NCBI GenBank assembly: GCA_048213135.1
Contig: PS015205.1
Span: 15,509 to 79,508 of the forward strand
Direction of reading: 5' to 3'
Source of the DNA: Reclinomonas americana ATCC 50394
Lineage: Eukaryota
DNA length: 64,000 bases
Within the stretch, counting starts at the first letter, position 1, and each line of letters opens with the position of its first letter. The translations under genes were made by a program, and so were the position numbers. Below the pieces are notes generated by a model. The model saw only the letters and a program-made list of their open reading frames with translations, ran no database searches and was not told the DNA's origin. Below, in pieces: positions 54,201 through 64,000 of the stretch.

Positions 54201-57200
54201 CATGCACACGAACGTGTCTTTTCTCTCTCTTTCGTAGTGTTCCACTCGCTGTGTCGAGTCGCTTTCTGCATTTCTCTTTTTGTATCTGTGTTCATGTCAC
54301 TATTCCTGTAGATGGTGTTGCGTTGGTTCCTCTCTCCCATTCCTCTCTGCCCGGCTCACTTCTTTCATTCTTGCCGTATGTCACTCGAAGTCTCTCCTTC
54401 TCTCACACGCACTTCTCTTACCGCTCTCTATAATCTCTTCTCTCAAACTCTGTCTCTTGCGCCCACTTTCTCCGTGCCGCTCACCGCTTCTCTTCTGTCT
54501 GTCCTTCCTCAGTTTCCATTCGCGTTATTGTTCTCATCATGTCGCAATTGAAAGGTTGCCTTGGCTCTGATTCTCTCCACCCGCCTTTTGTCTCTCCCTC
54601 TCCCTCTCCCTTCCTCTCCCCCCTCCGCCCTCCCTCCGCCCTCTCCTCCCCCTTCTCCCTCCGCCCTCCCCTCACCCCCGTCTTCTCCTTCCCACTCACT
54701 TCCCCTCGCGCAAGCAGGGCCCCGCCGAGGCCTTCTTCCAGCCCCTGCTGCTGGCCTCGTACATTCTCCTCGTCGCCGTCGTCGGCATCTACTACCTGGC
54801 GCCGGAGACCGCCTATGCAGGACCACTGAACGCCACCCTCCCCTCGCTGACGGCGGCCGCCACCGAGGCGCTCTCCTCCGACGCGCTGGTGGCCGTTCCT
54901 CCATCACTGCTCGGACGACTGTACGACGCCTCCACATACGTGTGGTCACCGTCGCAGTGGCTGTGGCTGTTCAGCATCCCGACGACGCTGGTGGAGCACG
55001 CGCACATCAAGACCTCGGTGACGTGGTCGGCGTTTGTCCTGGCGATTCTGCTGGCGGTGCCGTACCTCAGTGCGGAGACATTTGAGAGGGCGTCGCCCGG
55101 CATTCCGCCGCATCGCTTGATCATGCACGTGCTGATTGCCATTTTCGTGTTCACCATTTGCTTCCGCGAGGCCGTCCTGCCGTGGCAGGCACTGGCCCTG
55201 CTAATGGCGGTTGCCTGGTATCGTTGCGTTTTTGGTGTCGGTGTCATTGCCTTGATTGGGAGTTGACATGCGTGTGACAGCCAAATTTGTGGAGCGGTAT
55301 GCGCGCACAAAGTCATACACGTCGCAGCTGTTCTCCTATGGTCGCCTGTGGCTCGCCGCTCACGTATCGCTGGCCTTGCTTGTTGGCGGCCTGTGGCCCG
55401 AGTCCGCGTACTGGGCTCCTCTGTCGGACCTGGTGCCGCCCAGCGTGACGAGCTTGAGTTGCGTTGTCACTGCAGTGCCTGTCTGCCTGTCTTGTTGTCT
55501 TTCCCAGTATCGCTGCTTCCGTGTCTGTGGTTCCACTTCCGTCTGTCTCCTTCTCCTTTACCGCGCAATCATTGTCATACCTGTAGTGCTCTTTCTCGCT
55601 TTCGTTGTGTCTCGCGCCACGCCCTCTTTCTCTCTGTCTGCATGTTGTGCTCTCTCCCTCGCTTTCTCTGCTTGCGAACATTCCGCCCCATTTTTCCGTC
55701 AGCCTGTCACACCGCTCCTATTCCTCACTCTCTTTTCACGCACTGTTTGTTATGTGTCTTCCTGTTGCGTTCATTCTCGTTTTCAGTTGTGTATTGCAAT
55801 CTCTTTACCTCCATTTCTAGTTCACTTTCTCACTCTCCTTCTCTCTTCCTTCGAGCCTGCCGTTCCATTTCCGTTGTACTCTCTCGTCCTCTCATTTCTC
55901 CTTCTCTATAACTTTCATGCACTCAAAATTGCCATTCTCGCTTAAGTTGTGTCTCGCGCCCTTGCTTTCTGCATTAACGCACTCTCGGTGTCATTCCATA
56001 TTCGATCAGTTTTTGTCTGCGTCTCGCTCGGAATCACTCCCTTTAGTGTCTCGCAGATCGCTGTCAGTTACTCTCTCCCTCTCATCCAGCCCTCTCCCTT
56101 TCCCCCAGCCTATCTTCGGTTCCCTTTTCCCCTCTCCCGCGTTGCCCTTCCTCGTTCCCTCTTCCCATTCCTTCTTTCCCATTCTTTTTTCCATTGTCCC
56201 CTTTTACCCTTCCCCTTTTACCCTTCCCCCTTTCCCCATCGCCTTTCCCCTTCCCCCTTCCCTTCCCCTTTCCTCCCTTTCCCTCGTCCCTCGTCCCCTT
56301 TCCATTCTCCCCCCTTCCCCTTACCTTTCCCTTCTCCTCCTCCTCGTTCTCCTGCACAGCTTGTGCGTTCACCGGCTGCCTCGCACCCCACACCGCCCGC
56401 GCTCTCCTCTGCATCCTCCGCGACCTGTTCTACGGCCCGGCGGCTGCATTCCTGCTCACCTCCGCCGTGTCGTGGATCATGCGACCGGTGCGCTGGAATC
56501 CATTCTTCGTGTCCGCCACGGTCGGTTCGTTCGGCATGCTGCGTGCACTGTGGCGCCAGTTGCGCACGCAGTACAAGAAGGTCAGTTGTAGAGCGAAGGC
56601 TGGGGTGGACGTTGCGCACGCTGAGAGATTATGCAGGCGGGCAACGACGACGACGGCGACGCGGTAGCAAAGAGGGAGGCGGATCCGAACGATGCGCAGC
56701 GCCAGGAGGGCGTAGTGGATGTCGTGGATGTGGCAGCGGCGGCGGCGGTGGCGGCTGCCGTGGTGCCTCCGCGAAATGGAGTCCCTGAACCCGGCGCGAT
56801 GCCTGACGGATACGATCCCTTGGTGGAGGTCACCGATACCCTGGTACGCTGTGCTTTGCATGTCTCGTCAGCTGGTCATGCCTCATTTGGTGCTTGCGCA
56901 GCGACCCAAGTGCTTCCCGGCCTCGATTCAACCCACCAAGGAGCTGCGTCGTATGATGAAAGGTTGGGAGATTTCTCCGTCCTCGTCTATTTCTTATTGG
57001 GAGACAAACCTCACATGGCTCTGCAGTCAATCGCTGGTGGCTGGCGGTCATGCGCTTCTTGCATCCGGTTGAAGATCAGCCTCTTGTGTGTTGGCGGGTG
57101 CGTCGATTCGTTCATTTGTTTTCGCGTCCCTTTACTGATCGTCGCACATTGTGCAGTCGTGTCTGCTGTACTTCACCTGCGTTGTGGCGTATCTTGTCCT

Positions 57201-60200
57201 CCTCGGCACCCACAGCATGCAGTCACTGCACTTGGCGGCATTCGGCGTATTTGTCTTTCTCACCTTTTGCGATCTCACGCATTTCCTCATGGTCGGCACC
57301 TATATCCTGGACGGTTCGTCTTATACGCGCGAATTCCATCGTCAAGCGACTCATTCTGCTCCCAACAGCCAATCGTCGCCGAGTGATGCTTCCGTTCTTT
57401 GTCATCTACGGTGTTGTGTTGGTGGTGCTCGACGTGGTGCCCATGTTCTTGGTGTGGAGTGGCGTCGCCGAGGCCACGATCGAAGTTCGATTCACCATGC
57501 AGGTGATTGAGGAGAAAGAGAGTCCGTTCCCTACTTGGTGGCGATGTTTTAAAAAACTTGATTGCTCGCAGTGCATGGAGCTTCTGACGATATTCGTGAC
57601 GGTGCTGCTTGTGTGCATGCCCGAATACTATTGCGGGGAAATCTTTGTTGCGTCGTCGTTTCTCTCTGTGCATTGGGAGCGCGTGCGTGTGCTCACGTTC
57701 CGCCCCTGCAGTCTGCACGCATCGCTGGTGTCGTGCTGCTGCTCGTGCGCCTGGTCATGCAGCTGTCGATGCCCACGTGGCTTGTGTTGGGCTCGTACCC
57801 GACGCAGGCGCTGGCTATCGCGTTTTTGGTGTGGGCGTGTTTTATTATGGCGGGGGCGATACATTCGAAGTGCGTGGGGAAAGGGGAAGGGAGTAGGGAG
57901 GGAGGAAAGTGGGGGAGGTAGGGGGAAGGGAGGGAGGGAGGGGGAAGGGAGGAAAAGGAAAGAAAGGGGAGATATGCAGGGAGATGAAGCGAATGGAGAA
58001 ATGGTCTGTGGGAGCCTTGTGGGAGATATGTGCTTCCGGAGATGAGAGAGTGTCGTGCAAACGTGAAGTGAGAGAGAGACGAGAGTCACGATAGTTGAGA
58101 GACGGAGTCGTGTGGATGATTGAGACGGAGAATGTGTTCTGGAAAATGCAATCCTTGCCATCATTTGAGGCAGAGGAGAGAGAGAGAGAGATAATTAGAG
58201 ATAGAGAGACAGAGAGACAAAGAGAATGTATGCATCAGTATCAGAGAGCGCGTGTGCAAAGAACTCTACAAACAGGCCACTTTCAGTTCTCTCAGTCGCT
58301 CCCCTTTCTGCATGTGTGTTCAATGAGAGCCACGGACAGACAGAAGGAGAGCACGCAATCTCTGCTGTTCTCTCTCTCTCTCTGGCATCTTCTTTATTTG
58401 CTGTTTTTCTTTTTCTTCCCTCTCACACTCCGTCTCCCTCTCTTGTATTGTAGTTTCCAAGACATTGTCTCTTCCCTGAGTCGACTTTGTGTCGCCTTCG
58501 TTCTCGTGCTGCTTTGATTCTTTTTATCTCTCAGCTGTTCTCTCTCTTGCATCTTCTTAATTTGCTGGTTTCCCTTTTCTTCCTCTCACACTCTGTCTCC
58601 CTCTCTTGCATTGTATTCCTCAAGGACCTTGTCTCTTGCCGTCTCCCTTGGTTCGGTGTTGTATTCATCCTTTCTATATCTCTGCTGTTCCCTCTCTTGT
58701 ATCTTCTTAATTTGCTGGTTTCCCTTTTCTTCCTCTCACACTCTGTCTCCCTCTCTTGCATTGTATTCCTCAAGGACCTTGTCTCTTCCCTGAGTCTGTG
58801 TTGCTGTTCTCTCGCTCTCTCACTTGCATCTCTCGTTCTTCTTTATGAACTGTTATCTCTCACACTCCGTCTTCCTCTTTTGTATTGTATTCTCCAAGAC
58901 GCTGTCTCTGCTCTGTGTCTGCGTGTGTCCCCTTCGTTCTTGTGCCGTATTCTTTCAATATCTCTACTTTTCTCGCTCATGCTTCTCTCTTTCTTTCCTC
59001 CCAGAGAGAGAATTGGGAGAAGGTCCTTCTCGTATCTCAATACTCACTGATGTGCCTTGGTGCAGCGATGCAAACCTTGGCCGCATGGACCCTCAGTTGC
59101 TCCTCTACGCTTTCATTGGCCTCCTAGGCACCCTCGTCGTGGTATTCACGCATGGTATGTGCGCGGTCGTTTGTGACCTTTTCCGCGTCTCCCGCTCACC
59201 AGCCTTGCCTTGTCAGTGGTGCAAGCCGAATTTATGGTGCTTGCGGCCTCGCTCGCGACGTATTTCTTGTCGTTCTGCTTGGCCGATGGCATCGGACACA
59301 TGTCGCAGCCGACGAGGCGTATTGCGGCCGGCGGTGAAATTTTGATGATTGGCGTGTTGATTGGCAGGTGCGTGAGAGGGAGGGAGAGAGAGAAAAGGAG
59401 AGGGAGAGAGAGAGAGAAGGAGAGAGAGAGAGAGAAGGGAGAGTGAAAGAGAGAGAAGGGAGGGAGAGAGTGAGAGAGAAAAGAGAGAAGGGCGAGAGAG
59501 AAGGGCGAGAGAGAGGGGTGAGATGGAGAGAGAAAATGGAGACCAAGTATGAGAGAAATAGACTTGCAATGAGAGAAAGAGAGTGAGAGCGAGAGGGAGA
59601 GATAAAAGGATTTGAAGAGAGGAGGGAAAGCGAAGGGAGAGGGGGAGAGGGAGAGCAAAGGGGGAGGGAGAGTGAGAAGGGAGAGGAAGAGAATTGGGAG
59701 AGAGTGGGGATAAGGGTGATGGAGAGAAAATTGAGACGAAGGAAGAGAGAAATATGCTTGTAACAGGAAGCGAGAGAGAGAGAGAGACTAAAAGAAATAT
59801 AAGTAGAATGGAAGAGAAAGGGGAGAGGGCAGACGTGAAGGGAGAAAGCAGGGTGAGAGACAGAGAGAGAAAAAGGAGAGAGATGGAGAGAGAGACAGGG
59901 AGAGGCCAGGTAAGAGAGAAAACTTGCACAGAGAAGAAGAAGGAGGAGGAGAAGAAGAAGAAGAAGAAGAAGAAGAAGAAGAAGAAGAAGAGAGAGAGGG
60001 AGAGAGAAAATGAGTGAGTGACAAGAGAGAGAAGTAGAGAGACAAGTGGAGTGGCAGAGAGACGAACAGAAAGACAAGACGAAACAAATTAGAGCTAACG
60101 AGAGCACCGCTCATCTTCTACCCCCCTTCTTATTCTACCTCCTCCTTCACTTCCCCCTTCCTTCTCACTCCCTTTTCCTTTCCTTCTCTCTTCAATCTCC

Positions 60201-61024
60201 ATCCCTTCTCCCTTCCTCTTCACGTCCTTCTCCCTCTCTTTCCCCCCTTCTCTCTCTCACTTCTCTCTCCCTTCTCCCTTCCTTCTCTCTCCCTTCTCCC
60301 TTCCTCCTCACTCCCTCCTCCCTCTCTTCTCCCTTCCTCCTCACTCCCTTTTCCTTTCCTTCCCCTTCAATCTCCATCCCTTCTCCCTCTTCACGTCCTT
60401 CTCCCTTCCTTCTCCCTCCCATCTCCCTCTCAACTCTCAACCTCCTCTCTCTCTTCTCCCTTCTCCCCCCTTCTCCCCTTCTCCCCCCCCCCCTTCTCCC
60501 TTCCTCCTCACTCCCTCCCCCCTCCCTGCAGCCTTCACTTCCTCCTTGCCGTGCCGGTCATGGTCACTTGGCTGATCTTCAAAGACATACGATTCCCGCT
60601 CATCAAGCCACTGTCGACGGTGGCCACGATGGTGGCAGGCGTGTGGTGCTGTGAGTGGTTCGGGGGCGCCGACTCGAGATTCGGGTGGTTCACGTTCCGA
60701 GAGTGGAACAATCTGTACAACTTTCAGGGGTTGGAAGTTGTGTACCGCCTGATAGGCTTTGTTCTCTTGGTGCTGGCCATTGTGTGCTGGTACGTCACGA
60801 GCCTCGCTTGCGATGTGTGGCGGTGCGTTCTCTGCTCATTTTTTGTGCGTGCAACTACCAGTATCGGCTGCGCGCTCTATATGCTCAGACGAGTGGAGAA
60901 ATGGGCGCTGAATCGACCAGTGGCGCATCGCGTGTTCGTGCGAGTGGGCAATCTTTTGCGGTGGCTGGCGATTGGTGTTCCGCTGGTTGTGATTCCAGCG
61001 GGTGCGTGGTGGTGGAATAGGTGA
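51246..61024 (+). CDS. Large polytopic membrane protein of unknown family (many exons; 5' end unresolved, possibly in the gap at 50289-50724)
   Basis: A chain of hydrophobic exons with GT-AG borders includes AFYALLVPLVLGIL, VVLLNFLLDRITAS, TTYVIGYISWALFAVLLGC, SAFVLAILLAVPYLS, MLPFFVIYGVVLVVLDVV and YRLIGFVLLVLAIVCWY. It ends TGA 61024. Most, but not all, junctions were phase-checked. Confidence 0.65.
58551..58787 (+). repeat. Near-perfect intronic direct repeat, 150-bp period
   Basis: atcttcttaatttgctggtttcccttttcttcctctcacactctgtctccctctcttgcattgtattcctcaaggaccttgtctctt occurs at 58551 and 58701. Confidence 0.9.
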
Positions 61025-61065
61025 AGGGGAATGAAGAGTGTGACAAAGAGCAGGTTCACTTCCAT

Positions 61066-64000
61066 TCACATCATCGCTCCGGCCTCGCTTGCACGAAGCC
61101 GACACTCCCCCAACCACTTTGTAGCATCTGCCGTATCGAGATGCTCTCCCCCAAGAACCATTCGTCGACCCTCCACACATTCAACCAGTAGCTCCTCTGC
61201 CTCGGCCCATAGCTGCTGCTTCATGCGCAGCATGCCGTAGCTGAACAGCGTTTGCAATGTTCTTTCATGCATGTCACCCAGCACCTCACGTCGCCCCTTC
61301 GAGCACTGACGGTACAAGTCAGCAGCTTCCACCAGTGCTTCTTGCAGGCCTTCTCTATACCGCGCACCAGCAAGATTGTTCATCGAAGTGAGGGTGGCTG
61401 GATGCCTATCGCCGAGAGCCGTTCGCCTCAACTGCAAACAGTCACGTTCAAGATGAACTCTCTCTCTCAGACGACAAACATCTTGGATGCACAAGGCAAC
61501 GTTGCTCATGGATGCCAATGTTTCTATATGCTCAGCTCCAAGAACCAGTCTTCGCAGCTCCCAGCACTGCTGCCAGAGTTTCTCAGCATCAGCGTATTGC
61601 GGCTGATCGTAGTAATGCCTGCCCTGCCAATGCAGCGTCATAAGGGAGTCCGGATGATATTCACCCAGTGTCGCACACTGTCGCTCATGACACTGCACCA
61701 GCATTTGCAAGTTGTTTGTAAAGTAAGCAAACCACATCGAGCAGCGAAAGGCATCCAACCAATCCAGCACAGTCATCTCCCCATTGGCATCACTCTCCCA
61801 CGCCTCGTACAAACGCCACACTTGTTGGAACGCTGTGGTGCGTTCATCCCGCAGGCGAACCATTTTGAACAACCATGCACGACACTTTGCAACAACAACA
61901 GCAAACCGTCGTCGCATTGCACTCAGTTCAACATCACCGTCTCCACGTCGTCCGCACTCTGTCACACGTCGCTCAATTGACGAGGCAACTGCTGTGATGA
62001 ACCCCACTGAAGGCACTCTTTCTCTGAAACATTGCTCACCAATCCACCCCACCGCCACACACTGCACCAACAGCCCATTCACACCAACAACATCCTCGGC
62101 CCACATGCCATCATCTTCGCAAAACCGCCGCCACGCTGCGTGCAGTACATCAAGCAAGTCCCGTGACACCAACAGCACGCCGTCACTGTCATTCTGTGAA
62201 TCAATGCCATTCAGCACAGAGCACACCAGTCGCACAATCAGTCGCTGCGCCCGCGACACTGCATTTCCATACCGTCCCACAATCCACCCAGCAATCTCAT
62301 CGTGCACTCGATACTCTACCACCACACCACCACCACTCTCCCTCACTTGCTCACCACACAACAAATGAGCCACACTGTCGACGCTGCCACTGACACCCAC
62401 TGTCACCAGATTCGACAAGCACAGACCCTCCAGCACATCCTCCACTCCTTCGCCACCACCACCTCCCACCAACTCATCTCGCCGTTCACGCATTCTTCGC
62501 TCCTCCTCCTCTGTACTCATCTCGTCAAACTGCAGTCGCTCGCCCACCACCTCGGGTGCACGCCGTCGCCTCTCCTTCGCCAATTCATGCAGTCGTAGTC
62601 GACGCACACACTGACCCAACTCCACCAATCGGCCAGCTGCCTCCTCATCTTCATCCACTGCAGTCTGCTCACCATCACCGACCACAGCCATCTTCATGTC
62701 GGGAATCACACGCAGCACACCCAGCGCCACTCGTGCAAGTGCCACTGTCACCGGCAAGCCGAGTTCCTTGCATGCCGTGATCAGCACCAACAGACCACGT
62801 GCTGCTGCAGTCTGCGACATCACATTGCGTTCCAGCAGCTGTGACAGTGCATCGCCACCAATACCACTCAGCACCTCTTCCATTCGTGCTCCAACCAGCT
62901 GTGCCGGCGATCGTGACAACAACCAGCTGCATGCCAGAAGGGAGAGGAGTAGTGAGTCTTCTCATCCACACCACACACGCACTCATGCTCACTCACCCAA
63001 CACAAGCACTCACTCGCAGTGCACTCTTCTCCTGCTGTCCACCCTCCAGCGCCTCCACAATTCGTCGTCGCACATCCACCGGCACCTTGTGGAGCAGTCG
63101 CTCCTCCACCAGCTGCACAATGTCCTCGTTCTCCACATTCTCCACTCGCACACATTCCACCTCCGCCTCGTGCATCATCGAGTCACGAATCTCATCAGCC
63201 GCTTGTTCATATCGACTCGTCACCACGACGACCGGTGCCACCATTCCACCTGCACACAGCCAGACACATGATGCACATCATGTCAGAACCAAACAACCAT
63301 CGCAAAATGAGAATTCTCTCTCATGAGTACACGCACCCTCATTAGCACATTGAATAACATTCCTCACTTGCTCCACCGATCCCGCATTGTCCAGCACCAT
63401 CACTCCACTCGATGCATGCATCATCTGTCGCAGCAGACGACGTGCTGGTTCCACCTCGCCACTGGCCAGCAGCGCATCCACCTGGCTGGCCATTCTTCGT
63501 CCCTCCGCTTCGTCCACTCGCATCTGTGCTGTCACAAAGGCACGCAGACAACTGCCCAGAGCACTCTCCGCCTGCAGCACGTGGCAAGGCGAGAGACTGA
63601 GTCAGAATACAACCAAAGAGGTGACGCAGCATGAAAAGACATAATGCATGTTCCTCAGCACACACCTTCACATGCTCCCTCGCATCACCCACATGACCGC
63701 GCATCTCCACCGACACGGCCGATCCCTTCCATCGACGAGTCGCCAGCAACTCGGTCACCAGCAGCTCGGCCAGGAACGACTTGCCAGTGCCACCATCGCC
63801 CGTCAGCACCACCATGATTGGTTGATGGGCTGCGCAAGAATCATAAGCCACAAGACAACATGATGAGACACAAGAATGTGTGGAGAAGGAAGGAAGGGAG
63901 AAAGAGAAGGAATACTCAACCATCCACAGCATCCACAATGCGCGTGGCAAGTAAGGCAGCCAGTGCACGCCGACTCGGGAAGCGGAATGTGGTCACTGGA
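61066..64000 (-). CDS. Second STAND NTPase-TPR (NLR-like) paralog; 5' part lies beyond the window
   Basis: Same exon structure as 861-5243, with VVLTGDGGTGKSFLAELL, VMVLDNAGS, VVVTSR and TPRs LGxxHPxxL. Stop at 61066. Confidence 0.82.

Overview
This is intron-rich, GC-rich genomic DNA from a eukaryote, most likely a microbial eukaryote; the taxon cannot be determined from sequence alone. The draft assembly has N-gaps and extensive GA/CT and GT/CA microsatellites. Manual splicing gives 13 protein-coding genes: two paralogous STAND NTPase-TPR (NLR-like) genes at the two ends of the window, a DUF2237 protein, a small coiled-coil protein, an LRR + ADP-ribosylglycohydrolase fusion, a COQ1/PDSS1-like prenyl synthase, a stand-alone ankyrin protein, an ankyrin-coiled coil-IRAK/Pelle-like kinase, a large TKL kinase with a degenerate Ras-like segment, class III alcohol dehydrogenase, a DUF486 membrane protein, a MAP2K-like probable pseudokinase and a large unknown polytopic membrane protein. 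The main observations are: (1) a major second class of 5' splice site, GTTGCG, a one-base-shifted form of the common GTGCG donor, at about 19 introns; (2) an NLR-like receptor with a putative DZIP3-type HEPN-like N-terminus and divergent TPRs, near other immune-type signalling genes; (3) strand-independent C-rich to G-rich polarity across coding islands; (4) a CGACGTCG palindrome seen in promoter-side intergenic regions. All gene models are hand-derived and not validated by transcripts or database searches.
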